The translations under genes and the position numbers were made by a program. The notes below the pieces were generated by a model. That model was not told the origin of the DNA, did no database searches, and worked only from the letters and a program-made list of their open reading frames with translations. Source: Methanobacteriota archaeon (lineage in GTDB: Archaea; Thermoplasmatota; SW-10-69-26; JACQPN01). From it: DNA of 64,000 bases. This document shows positions 1-11,100 of this stretch, piece by piece. The stretch lies in NCBI GenBank assembly GCA_016207515.1, contig JACQPN010000012.1, forward strand, positions 31,759-95,758, read 5' to 3'. Position 1 is the stretch's first letter. Every line of letters starts with the position of its first letter.

Positions 1-133
1 TCCCCTGACATCCTGAAAAGCGATGGGACGCGGCGCAGCATCGTGGCGCCGCTTCGCCCACGGATCGCCTCTCCAGGGCAATTGAGCATCCAGACGTCCT
101 CGGCGTCCAACGGTGTCGAAGGGACGCCGGGCC

Positions 134-781
134 CTAAGAGGCTTTGGAGACCGACTGATCGAGGATCACGTGCGCAGGTTGGAGCTCCGTCTCCGGCGGC
201 ACGTTCACGACGAGGGTGAAGCCCTTGAAGGCGAACTCCAGAGCCTGCTCCTCCTCGCGAGCGGAGGCGCTTTCCACCGCGATCTCAGCGGTCACGTAAG
301 CTGGCCGGGCCTCGTGCCGGCGAAGAAGGTCCGTGAGGTCGAAGGTGTGCGAATGCCACGTCCCGTCGGCGGGGGCCGATTGATCGTGAAGGGTGTGGCC
401 GGACACTTCCATGTCGTCGTCTCTCCCGACGCGCGCGTTGGCCCTCACGTGGAAGCGTATCTCTTGCGCCCCGGATCCGCCCCAAAGTCGGCGTCTCTCG
501 ATGAAGTGGAATACGGCCGATTCGATCGAGCGTAGGTCCGTCAAGGCCACCGGCCTCGTCCAGATGCTGCCTTTTCCCGTCGCGCCGCCGCCGCTCGTGA
601 AAGCCATCTCCTGGCCGTCCTTACGCCACGCGGGCGGCCGCACTGAAGGCAGTTTCTTCATGAGTTTGTCCACGAGGCCCTTTCGGATGTCCGCGACGGT
701 CTCGTCGAACGTGAACGAATCGAGGCCGTCCTGGGGCGTGAAGATGTACTCGTATTGCTTCCGTGGGTCCTTTCGTGGCAT
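134..781 (-). CDS. hypothetical protein, 215 aa
   Basis: ORF track. Same strand as the PDGT-repeat gene and 72 nt downstream of it. Balanced amino-acid composition, unlike the Arg/Pro-rich antisense ORFs. No motif I recognise. Confidence 0.5.
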   Translation of the reverse strand: MPRKDPRKQYEYIFTPQDGLDSFTFDETVADIRKGLVDKLMKKLPSVRPPAWRKDGQEMAFTSGGGATGKGSIWTRPVALTDLRSIESAVFHFIERRRLWGGSGAQEIRFHVRANARVGRDDDMEVSGHTLHDQSAPADGTWHSHTFDLTDLLRRHEARPAYVTAEIAVESASAREEEQALEFAFKGFTLVVNVPPETELQPAHVILDQSVSKAS

Positions 782-810
782 CGGCGAACTACCTGTTCCG
801 GGGAGTGGGT

Positions 811-841
811 GAAATGGAAAGGGCGGGGGGATACCCCGCCC
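811..841 (-). terminator. GC hairpin with T-rich tail downstream of the PDGT-repeat gene
   Basis: Perfect 8-bp stem gggcgggg (821-828) / ccccgccc (834-841) with a 5-nt loop. Read on the minus strand it is followed by tttccatttc. Confidence 0.4.
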
Positions 842-853
842 GAAGCGTTCTAT

Positions 854-2197
854 CTACTGGCTGCGGTTGATGGTCCCATCGGGGTTGATGGTGAGGACCG
901 ACCCGTTGGGGAAGCTCCTCGAAATCGACCCGTCGGGGTGCTCCGTGACGGTGACGCCGTTCGGCATCGACTTCACGAAGGTCTTGTCCGCGAGCACCTT
1001 GAAGATGGTGCCGTCCGGGAGTTCCTTCACGAACTGCCCGTTCTTCCATTCGGACACGATCGCGCCGTCGGGCATCGTCTTGATGATGCTGCCGTCCGCG
1101 AGGACTTTCACCATCGTGAGGTCCTTCAAGGTCTTCACGAGCATGTTCGAGGGAAGCTCCTTCACGACCGTCTCGTCCGGGAGCGTCTTGATGAGCGTCC
1201 CGTCCGGGTTGATCTCCAAGGTCGTGTCGTTCGGTAGCGTCCTCACAACGGTGTAGTCGGGGAGCTGCTTCACGAGCGCCCCGTCCGGGAACTCCTTCGT
1301 GAAGGTCCTGTCGGCGAACTCGCGCACGATTGTACCGTCGCGGAGGATCTTCTCGAGCGTCTTGTCGGCCTTCATGCGGATGATCGTGCCGTCGGCGAGC
1401 CTTTTCTCGAACACGCCAGAGACGTAGTCGCGCACCGTGACGCCGTCGCGGGTGGTCTTGGTTATCGTCCCGTCGTGGGCGACTTCCACGGTCGCGCCGT
1501 CGGGAAGGACCTTCCTGAGCGTCCTGTCGCCGGTCTCCGTGATCTGCGACCCGTCGGGGAAGTGCTTCGTGACGCTCTTATCGGCATCGATCCTGACCTT
1601 GACGCCGTCGGACGTCTCCTTTTCCAAGCGGCCGTCGGGCTGGTTGCGGATCGTCGTACCGTCGGGTAGCTTCTTCTCGAAGCTCCCTTCCCAAACGGCG
1701 AGTTCAGTGCCGTCGGGGAGGCGGTGGACGAACGTGCCGTGCGGGTCGATGGTGACGTTCGAACCGTCTTTCAGCTTGAGGCTGAAGCCGGCCATCCCGT
1801 AGTGGGCGCTCTCGCCGTTTGCGTAGTTGACGCCGACCTCGCTTCCGCGGGCGACGGTGATCCCCGTCTTGTTCGGGAAGTTGAGGATGAGGTCGCGCTG
1901 CGGGGTCGCCTCGACGTTGAGGCCGTCCGCGAAGCGGGATTCGAAGTGTCCGCTCTCGTCGACGCGCACGGTGGTGCCGTCCGCATACTTCTGGGTGAAC
2001 ACGTGCTTCGGGCTGACCGTGATCGTCACGTCGCCGAGCTGACGGCGGATCGTGCCGTCCTCAAGCACCTTCACTTCCTGTCCGGCGTGGGAAACCGGGC
2101 TGTCGAAGTCCGTCTCCTTGGCCTTCGAGACGTCCGTCCATTCACTGGCCTCCTCATGTCCGCCCTTGCGGGTCTCTGTCCTTGTCTGCTTTGGCAT
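854..2197 (-). CDS. G-box (Tcp10_C / CPAP-like) beta-hairpin repeat protein, 447 aa
   Basis: ORF track gives 854..2248. I prefer the ATG at 2197 (MPKQTRTE...) because AGGAGA lies 7 nt upstream and this removes the overlap with the upstream gene. More than 25 units of about 10-11 aa of the type x-L-P-D-G-T-x-V-x-x (LPDGTTIRNQPDGRLEKE..., NPDGTLIKTLPDETVVKELP..., HPDGSISRSFPNGSVLTINPDGT). The plus strand shows a ccgtc(c/g)gg motif recurring every ~30-33 nt. Confidence 0.75.
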   Translation of the reverse strand: MPKQTRTETRKGGHEEASEWTDVSKAKETDFDSPVSHAGQEVKVLEDGTIRRQLGDVTITVSPKHVFTQKYADGTTVRVDESGHFESRFADGLNVEATPQRDLILNFPNKTGITVARGSEVGVNYANGESAHYGMAGFSLKLKDGSNVTIDPHGTFVHRLPDGTELAVWEGSFEKKLPDGTTIRNQPDGRLEKETSDGVKVRIDADKSVTKHFPDGSQITETGDRTLRKVLPDGATVEVAHDGTITKTTRDGVTVRDYVSGVFEKRLADGTIIRMKADKTLEKILRDGTIVREFADRTFTKEFPDGALVKQLPDYTVVRTLPNDTTLEINPDGTLIKTLPDETVVKELPSNMLVKTLKDLTMVKVLADGSIIKTMPDGAIVSEWKNGQFVKELPDGTIFKVLADKTFVKSMPNGVTVTEHPDGSISRSFPNGSVLTINPDGTINRSQ

Positions 2198-2216
2198 TCT
2201 TTCGTCTCCTGTGAAT

Positions 2217-2654
2217 TCACTGGGCCTTGTTGACTTGAAGCTCCTCAAGGCGTGATAATGAAACGAGGAACACCTGGTCCCTCAGGCTCTCGCCGAAGCG
2301 CGCCAGGTAGCGGATGTTCGCGAACTCGCGCGCGAGCTGCTTGTCGCCGACGGTTTCGGAGATCCACCGTTCGATGTCGCCCGCGTAGATCCCGTATTCG
2401 AGGGCCTTGATGTCGACCGTCTTGACCGCGTCGACGAAGTCGTCGAGCCGGGCCACGCGCAGGATCCCGTTACGGTGCTTGCCGGTCTTGAAATCGAAGG
2501 GCGACCAGAAGAAGGTCCGCAGAAAACTTTCGGCGTCGGCGACCTCGGAGACGGGAATCCGACGAGGGACCTCCGTGAGCGAGAGCGGGCGCACGTCGAC
2601 GGCCATCGGCGGTTTGTTCTGCGTTATTGCCTTACGGGTTTCTGGACCAGCCAC
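2217..2654 (-). CDS. hypothetical protein, 145 aa; first gene of the three-gene minus-strand cluster
   Basis: GTG start at 2654 preceded by GGGAGGT about 7 nt upstream. An AT-rich region with TATA-like elements lies upstream (2655-3128). It ends 19 nt before the repeat-protein start. No firm family assignment. Confidence 0.5.
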   Translation of the reverse strand: MAGPETRKAITQNKPPMAVDVRPLSLTEVPRRIPVSEVADAESFLRTFFWSPFDFKTGKHRNGILRVARLDDFVDAVKTVDIKALEYGIYAGDIERWISETVGDKQLAREFANIRYLARFGESLRDQVFLVSLSRLEELQVNKAQ

Positions 2655-3128
2655 GTTGATACCTCCCTTACCCCTTCGCGAGAACGGGTAACTACCGCAA
2701 CAGGCCTCTTATCCAAATAGGTTTGCCTCATTCGATCGAATGGATGACCACGCGGGTCGGAGCCTAAAAGAAATCGAAAGGAATGCAAGGTTTATGGGGA
2801 TTCGTATTCTCGTGCCTTGAACGGAATCACAAATACGGCATTAATGTGAAGACTTTTTTCCAAGGAGGGAGGACTTTTGGGTGGATCCACGCCGACGCTC
2901 AGGAAAAAAACAAGAACTCCGCGATCATGGACCGCCGACACCATGCGACGTCGGACTCCGAAGTGATCCGCCCGACAGGTTTTTTCGGGAGATCGTCTTC
3001 GGATGGATCCAGGTTAATCTCATAGTTTGGACCGCGTAACAGAAACACCCCTCCCCGAACGAAAGGAAAGGTGCACGCTGGGGCAGCTGGTCGGTAACGG
3101 TTTAGGGCATAGCGGGCGTTGTTAGTCC

Positions 3129-4979
3129 ATGCCCGGCGGCCTTCACGGAAAGCTCCTCGACGTCGATCTCACGACGGCGGCGATGTCGGATTGGCACATT
3201 CCTGCGGATTGGGCCTCGCTTCATCTCGGCGGCCGGGGAATCGGCGCGAGGATACTGTTGGACCAGTACGAGGGGCGCGCGGAAGACGACCCGTTAGGGC
3301 CTCGGAACATCCTCGTTTTCATGACGGGACCACTCGTCGGTCTCTCGGTCCCCGGCGCCGGAAAGCACGCGGTCTACGCACGCTCGCCGCTCACAGGACT
3401 GTTCGCGGAGGCGTTCTGTGGCGGGTACTTCGGCAGCGAGTTGAAAAAGACCGGTTACGACGGCATCATCATCCGAGGCCGGGCCCCGGAATGGCAATAC
3501 CTCTCCGTCATCGACGGAAGACCTGAGATCCTGCCCGCCGGAGACCTTCGGGGAGCGCCCGTGTCGAAGACCGAGGCGGAGCTTCTGAAGCGGTCTCCTC
3601 GCGCCCGATGCGCCTCCATAGGACCCGCTGGAGAGAACCTCGTACGGTTCGCGGCCATCATGACGGATCGCAACCGCGCGGCAGGAAGGTGCGGCGTGGG
3701 CGCGGTGATGGGTTCGAAGACGCTGAAGGCGATAGTGGTGAGGGGGAACGCGAAGGTGCCCGTCGACGACGAGGCGGCGTACCGGGAGGCGCTCAAAGAC
3801 TACATCTCGACGCTCCAAAGCCCCGGCATGAAGCGTTTCGGCGAATACGGGACGCCGGGAGGCGTGGAATCGCTCGACTCGCTGGGGATCCTACCGACGC
3901 ATAACTTCCACCAAGGCCGGTTTGAAGGAGCGTCGAAGATCAGCGGCGTGCGGCTCCATGACGACCTGCTCGTCGGGCGGGACACCTGCTTCGCCTGTCA
4001 CGTCCGTTGCAAACGCATCGTCGAAGGAGAAGTGGACGGGGAACGGATCGAAAAGGCCCAAGGCGGGCCAGAGTACGAGACCATCGCCGCGTTCGGCTCG
4101 CTGCAGATGGTCGACAGCCTGGAGCACGTGTCGCTTGCGAACGCGAGGTGCAACGAGCACGGGCTCGACACGATCTCGGCGGGGAACGTCATCGCCTTCG
4201 CCATGGAGGCCTCGGAACGCGGGCTCATCGACGACGGCGTCGCGTGGGGGGACGCTTCGAAAGCGTTGCGGCTGCTTGACGACATTGCGTACCGTCGCGG
4301 CCTCGGCGAGACGTTGTCGCTTGGCGTGCGCGAGGCGGCGAGGCGACTCGGCGGGTCGGACTTCGCGATCCACGTGAAAGGCCTTGAGGTGCCGATGCAC
4401 GAGCCGCGCGGGAAGAAAGGCCTTGGACTCACCTATGCGGTGGGTCCCCGCGGCGCGAACCACAACGAGGGGCTCCACGACACTTCCGTGGAGCGCGCGA
4501 ACGCCTCGCCCGAACTCGGGGCGACCGCCGCCTTGTCGCGGTTCGACGCGAGCGAAAGGAAGACGGCGGTGGTGAAGAATTGGGAGGACGCGGTGTCCTT
4601 CACGAACAGTCTCATAGTCTGTCTTTTCACGACGAACCTCACGGGGAAGGCGTACAACCTCCCGCATCTAAGACGGCTCGTGACCGCCGTGACCGGTGTC
4701 CAGATGGATCGCGATTCCATGCTTGAAGTGGGCGAGCGGAACTTCAACCTCGGCCGCCTTTTCACGACGCGTATGGGGGCGCGCCCGGAGGACGATGACC
4801 TGCCGCCGCGCTTCAAGCGCGAGCCGTTGGATTTCGGTGACCGCCAAGAAGCGATCCCGGACGACGTGTTGAGACCGTGGATCGCGGATTATTACGCATT
4901 ACGCGGTTGGGGCGTCGACGGAGCGCCCTCGCCCGCAACGCTGGCACGACTCGGTCTTTCGACGCTCGCGAGAGCATAG
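3129..4979 (+). CDS. aor: aldehyde:ferredoxin oxidoreductase, tungsten-type AOR family, 616 aa
   Basis: N-terminus GKLLDVDLTT...GGRGIGARILL is typical of the AOR N-terminal domain. C-x2-C-x3-C cluster motif CFACHVRC. Length fits the family. Confidence 0.9.
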   Translation: MPGGLHGKLLDVDLTTAAMSDWHIPADWASLHLGGRGIGARILLDQYEGRAEDDPLGPRNILVFMTGPLVGLSVPGAGKHAVYARSPLTGLFAEAFCGGYFGSELKKTGYDGIIIRGRAPEWQYLSVIDGRPEILPAGDLRGAPVSKTEAELLKRSPRARCASIGPAGENLVRFAAIMTDRNRAAGRCGVGAVMGSKTLKAIVVRGNAKVPVDDEAAYREALKDYISTLQSPGMKRFGEYGTPGGVESLDSLGILPTHNFHQGRFEGASKISGVRLHDDLLVGRDTCFACHVRCKRIVEGEVDGERIEKAQGGPEYETIAAFGSLQMVDSLEHVSLANARCNEHGLDTISAGNVIAFAMEASERGLIDDGVAWGDASKALRLLDDIAYRRGLGETLSLGVREAARRLGGSDFAIHVKGLEVPMHEPRGKKGLGLTYAVGPRGANHNEGLHDTSVERANASPELGATAALSRFDASERKTAVVKNWEDAVSFTNSLIVCLFTTNLTGKAYNLPHLRRLVTAVTGVQMDRDSMLEVGERNFNLGRLFTTRMGARPEDDDLPPRFKREPLDFGDRQEAIPDDVLRPWIADYYALRGWGVDGAPSPATLARLGLSTLARA

Positions 4980-5157
4980 CCCGTAAGGGAATGGCAACTC
5001 CGAGGTTCAGCACTCGAAGGTTATAATGGGACGTCTCATGGTTCGTGCTTACCCGCTGGAAGCGGGCGGTATTGGAGGCGGGCGTCCCGGTTTCGAACGC
5101 AGCGCGATCGCGGCGTAGGCAGAGGGACGACCGGCCTTGTAGAGGGAGTCGATTGAT

Positions 5158-8100
5158 ATGAGGCGGAGAGCGGGCGGCAGCAAGGCAAGGGCATTCTCGA
5201 CCATCATCGCAGTGGCGCTCCTCGCGACGCCAGGGTCCACCGCGTTTTTCCCCGGCGAGGCGAGCGCCGCGCCGGCGGAGGGCCACGAGGCGGAAGGCAG
5301 CGAGACCGCGTTTCCATCGGCGGTCGAAAACGTCCCACCGGTCGTCTCGGACCTCCTCGGTCGGGTAGGCCTCCCCAAGGCGCCATTCGCCTCGCCCGGC
5401 GGGCCGCCGACGCCCGTGACGGAACAATCCTTCGTCCCGCCGACGCCTGACCCCGTGGGCTTCGAGGAGAACCTCGGCCAGGTCGATCCGCGCGTGCGGT
5501 TCACTCTCCGCGACGGCGGTTCAATGTTGTACCTCCTCGACGATTCCTTTGTCCTGCGTCTTATCGATGTTTCAAAGCGCGATGAGAACGGGGCGCCGGC
5601 GGAATCAACGATGAGCGTCGTCTCGTTCACCATGGAAGGCGTTGCACCGGGCCTTCGCCCCGCCGCATCGGCCTCGCTCCCCATGACGGGCAACCATTTC
5701 ATCGGCTCGGACCCTCACGGATGGGTCTCGGGTGCCGCGCATTACGAACGGGTCACGTACGCATCCGTCTACGAGGGTATAGACCTCGTGTTCCGCTCAA
5801 CGGCAGCGGGGCCGGAATACGACTTCGTGCTCCGACCAGGTGCAGATGCTGACCAGATCCGTTTGCGGATCGACGGCACCGACGGCATCCTCATCGACCC
5901 GATGGGCGAACTGGTGGTCAAGACAGGTGCCGGGGAGATCCGGCACGCAAAGCCATCGGTCTACCAGGTCTCCGACGCGGGCCGCGTTGATGTCCCGGGA
6001 AGCTTTTTCATGATCTCCGAGGACACCGTCGGCTTCCAGACCCTGTGGAAGGATGCGGCTGCGGAACTCGTGATCGACCCGCTCGTCTACTCCACGTTCT
6101 ACGGCGGCACGGGCGACGACGTCGCCGAGGCCGTTGCCATCGGCTCCGACGGTTCCACGTATTTTGCCGGCTGGACCTGGAGTTCGGACTTCCCCACCAC
6201 CACGGGTTCCTACTCGGCCTCGAAGCCCACCGACATCTACGGCTGCGGTTGCCAATACGTGTTCTTCATCACGAAGTTCAACGCCGCCGCCACATCGGTC
6301 GAGTTCGCGACGTACGTCGGCGACTCTGTCGGATTGGACCCTACCCACGTCGGGATGGCCCTCGACGGGGCCGACCGTGTCTACGTGACCGGCGCGACCT
6401 ACGGGCCCGACTATCCACTGGTCAATCCCGTGGAGAACCCGCCATCAGGAATAGACCGAGTCCGCGCCGTCGTTTCCAAATTGAGCGCCGATGGTTCCAC
6501 GCTCCTCTTCTCCACGACCATCGGCGAAGGCTCGTCCTCGAAGGGGCATGCCTTGGTGGTCGCCGATGACGGAACGATCTGGGTCGCAGGCGATGCCAGG
6601 GAAGGCTTCCCGACGACCCCTGACGCGATCGACTCGGCGTACGCCGGCGCCGGATACGATCAAGGTGACGCCGTCCTTGCAAGGCTTGACCCCGCAGGTT
6701 CAATCGTCTACGCGACGTACCTGGGCGGCCTCTCCGACGACGAGATCAATACGCTGTCCGTCTCTCCAGACGGTAGGATCACAGTGGCCGGCGACACGCG
6801 TTCGGCGACATTCCCGACCACGGCTGGCGCGTTCATGGAGCGGGGACCGAGCCTTCCCCGGGTATCTGCGGAGGCCGCGAGCGCCACCATCGGCGACCAC
6901 ACGTACATCTTCGGCGGGCTCGAATGCTTGGGCAATGGTTTCAGTTACTGCGATGACGTCGTCCGCTTCGGGGCGGCCGATCTCTCCGCCGAAGTCATGA
7001 CGGCCCGCTTTCCGACCGGTTTTTCGCTTGCTGCCGGCGCAAGCGACCGGACATATGGGTACGCGATAGGCGGATTCGATGTGGTCTCCTGCGGCGAGGG
7101 CTGCTATACCGGCGCCTGGTCGGGGGCGATTCGCCGGTACGATCCGACGGCCGACGCGGTCGCCATCATGGGTGCTTCCGTCGAACCACGTGCCGGCGCG
7201 GCCGCTGTTGGGCTTGGAGATTACGTCTACATCTTCGGCGGCACGTACGACTACTTCTATCCGACGCGTAGCGACATCCTGCGCTACGACCCCGCGACCG
7301 ACACGGTCGAGACGATGGGTGCCACGCTACCGAGCCCGAACGGTTGGGAAGGCTGGGGCGACGGCCCCGCGGCGACGGACGGCAGCAGCATCTACCTCTT
7401 CGCCGGACAGCGGCCAGGCTCGATGCTCGACACCATCATGCGCTACGATCCTTCGACGGATTCGCTCACGACGATGACGGCGGCGTTCCCGGCGCCGCTT
7501 GCGAGGGCTAGCGCCCTCTGGACCGGCACCGCCTTCTACATATTCGGGGGCGTGACGGAGTGCGAGGGCTGTTACCTCACGCCCGTCGACACGGTCTACC
7601 GCTACGACCCGTTGACGGACACGTTGACGACCGTTGCGGGGACCCTTCCGACGACCCTCTACTCCGCCTCGGCCACGTGGGACGGGACGAACGCGTACCT
7701 CCTCGGTGGATTCGCCGGGTGGCAATTGAGCTTCGGCGTCCTCCGGTTCGATCCCGTTTTCGGGGCCACGTCAGGCCTCACCAATGGCGGAGGGCGGGAC
7801 GCCTTCGTCGCGGAGATCGCTGGTAACGGCACGTCCCTCGCGTGGTCGACCTTGCTCGGCGGCGACACGGACGATGCCTTGAACGCGATGGCGTTCGACG
7901 GCAACGGTCAGATCCTCGTGGCGGGCTCCACCTATTCGCTCGACTTCCCGACCCAGTTCGCCTTCGACTCCACGCGGGCCGGAAGCGGCGAGGTCCCGAG
8001 TCAGGACGCCTTCCTTTCCAGACTGTCTTCGACGGGGAACGCGTTGCTTTATTCGACTTTCCTCGGTGGCGAGGAGGACGACGCGGCGAACGCCGTAGGG

Positions 8101-11100
8101 ATCGACGGGTTCGGCAACATGTACGTCGCGGGCAAGACCCACTCGGGCGATTTCCCCGTGACGGCGAACGCGGAGCAAGGCACCTTCGCAAGCTACTATT
8201 TCTACAACTCCGACGCGTTCTTGTCGGAGCTCGATCCGTTGGGCGCGTCCCTCGTCTATTCGAGTTTCCTTGGCGGCCGGGAGACCGACGTCGCCAACGC
8301 GATGGCGATGGACGAGTTCGGCAATCTCATCCTGGTCGGGACCACGGGTTCGTCAGATTTCCCGGTCGCGAACGCCATACAGCCGGAGAACGCGGGCGGC
8401 TCTGGGATGGACGCATTCGTCACGAAGATCCCGTTCCTCGGTGGCGGCGTCGGGAACGGCAACAATGGCAACAACTTCCCGACGATCCAGGACGCCATCA
8501 ATAATTCGCGTCCCGGCGACACGATCTACATCGCCCCGGGCACCTACCTCGAAGCGCTCACCGTGGACAAGAACCGGTGGGGCGAGGACCTCACGGACCT
8601 CTTCCTATGCGGCGCGACGGAAGCGGGGGTCCGGGGTTGCGGCGGGTTCTCCAACGAGGGGCCGAAGGTGATCGTCGACGCAACGGGTATCTCTGACACG
8701 GTCATCGACGTGAGCGCAGGCGGATTCACTTCGCTTACCGTTAGGTACCAACACCTCGGGCCTGCCGAGGGCGACGAGGTCGTCGGGGCCCGCTTCAACG
8801 ACGTGTATTATCCGCAGTTCAACACCAATTGGATCGTCGTCCAAGGCGGGGGCTGTACGCAGGCCCAAGTGGCGGCGGGCCAATGCGATCAAGCCGGAGG
8901 GGCCCGCGTCTACGGCGTCAAGGGGAGGACGCTCGGCGGCTTCCTGGCGTACAACACCGTCTCGGCGGACGTCCCCCTCGCCGACGGTTCGATCGGCGGC
9001 ACGTCAGGCTTCAAGGGGTGGTTCTACTACACGGGGCTTCGCGGCAACACCGTGAAAGGGTGGACGACGGCGGCGTTCGAGGTCACCGACGTCGTGAACA
9101 TCATCGAGGACGGGGTCGTCGATACGAACTCGGTGGGTGTTCTCCTGTGCGGGACGACCTACTCGGTCATCGTGAACAACGACTTCAAGAACAACGGGGC
9201 GGCCCTGTCTTACTGCGCGACGAACGTCTCCGTGCCGAACTACATCCACTTCAACAAGTTCGAGACGAGTAACGCCATCGGCGCGTCCGTTCCGGACGGC
9301 GTCGAAGGACAGGTGATAGATCTAAGGGCCAACGATTGGCAGATCTACCGTCACACGGGGATCGGGCCCCGCGTCGCCGATTCGGGAACGGGTAACACCG
9401 TGAAGTACGTGCCGTTCATGCTCGTCGACGGGAGCATCGAACCGCCGCTCGTCGTAGTGTCCCCATACCCGCACTGGTCCTGCGACTATTCGTGGGCCGA
9501 GGTCATCATCGTCTACGACAATTATTGGGACTACCACTGCGCATTCACGTCGATCGACGGCGCGCTCCAATTCGCCCAGAGCGGCGACACGATGATCGCG
9601 CCCGGCTCCATCTACCCGACGAGCCCCACGCCGCGACTTGAGAACGTGACGATCGAGAGCAATGCGCCTTTCTTCGAGGAATCGTCGAGGCTCGACGGCG
9701 TCAGGATCTGCAGCAGCACGCGGGACAACAACACGGCCTGCAACCCATCGGCGGGGATCAACGTCGTGGACTCGTCGGGATCGGGCAAGCCGGCTTTCAC
9801 CGTCGGCGAAGTCGAGGGTGTCCTCATCGACGGTTTCACCTTCACCGGCGCGAGTCCGGTCTTTTCTTCCGAAGGTTCGACGGCGATGGAAGTGCGCGAC
9901 AGCACGTTCGCCGTGAGCGCTAGCGCGACACAGGCCCGGCACGGCGCGATCCTCCGGGACACGACGGACGCCGTGCTCCGCTTCAACCGCGTGCTTGGGA
10001 ACATGTACCCGGGGAGCATCGGCATCGGAGCGTACGATTCCGTGGACCCGACGGTCTCATTGAACAACATCGACCAGAGCGGGACCGGTGTCTATTTCAG
10101 CGGCGTGGTCGGCGGCGAGGCGCGCGGCAACGTGATACGCGTCGCCCCGGCTTCGCAGTTCGGCGGCCAGTCGCTCGGCGTCAGTTTCTTCACCGGCACC
10201 GGTCAGGCGGCGCGGTACAACACCTTCGAAGGCACGGGGATAGGCCTCACGGTCAAGGGAGCGACCGAGGTCTACGCGCATTCGAACACCTGGAACGCCG
10301 TGCCGACCGGGATCCGGCTTTCGGCCTCGTGGGCTCCGATTGATGCGGCACAGCCCGATGGCATACTTCTCCGGTACAACCGTCTCGATGGCGCCGCCAC
10401 GAAACTCCTCATAGAACCGGGTGTCGCAGGACTCGCCGTCGATGCGCGATACAACCATTGGGGTGCTTACAGCAGGGACACCATTGAAGCAACTATCGAA
10501 GACGCCGGGACCGGCGATTCCGTCGACGTGTCCTGCTTTTACGACCTCGACGGGACGCACACCGTCTGCCCGCCGACCCCGTCGTTTGACGTCTCGCCCG
10601 CGACCGGCCATTGGCGGACGGCCTTCACGTTCACGGACACCTCGACACCGGGCGGTCGTGCCATCGATTCATGGGATTGGGACTTCTCGGACGGGTCGAC
10701 GGCCGCTGGATCGACGGTGAGCCACACCTTCGCCCGCTCGGGCGTCCTGCAAGCGACGCTCACCATCGAGGACGCGGAAGGTTACGTCGAGTCCACGACC
10801 CGCGACGTGACCGTGACGAATGCGGCGCCGGTCCTTCAACCCGTGGGCGCGAAGACGATCGCCGAGGCGAGCGAACTCCGGTTCTATGTCCAAGGTAGCG
10901 ACCCCGATGGGGATTCCCTTACGTTCGTCGCGTCGGACCTACCGGCCGGCGCGTCGCTTTCGAACCTGCCGGACGGGCGCGGACTTTTCGCGTGGACCCC
11001 CTCGTTTTCGCAGGCCGGCGTCCACCGTGTGACCTTGGGCGTTACCGACGGGGACCTCACCGGTTCTGAAGCCGTCGACATCACCGTCGGAAACGTCGAT

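Noticed and set aside
854-2197. A ~30-33-nt periodic repeat that could be mistaken for a CRISPR or satellite array
   Set aside because: The periodicity is imperfect and lies entirely within an open reading frame, where it encodes the PDGT units. There is no repeat-spacer structure.
2783-3025. 80-aa plus-strand ORF in the AT-rich intergenic region upstream of the AOR gene
   Set aside because: No Shine-Dalgarno or promoter geometry, atypical composition, and it lies in what looks like the divergent promoter region. More likely non-coding.
5045-5070. Small hairpin (cccgct ggaa gcggg) after the AOR gene as a possible terminator or riboswitch piece
   Set aside because: The stem is only about 5-6 bp with no T-tract. 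I cannot distinguish it from chance in GC-rich sequence.
5049-5702. 217-aa minus-strand ORF overlapping the start of the 2255-aa gene
   Set aside because: It is antisense to the signal peptide and N-terminal domain of a well-supported gene. It is Pro/Ser/Arg/Gly-rich with no motif.
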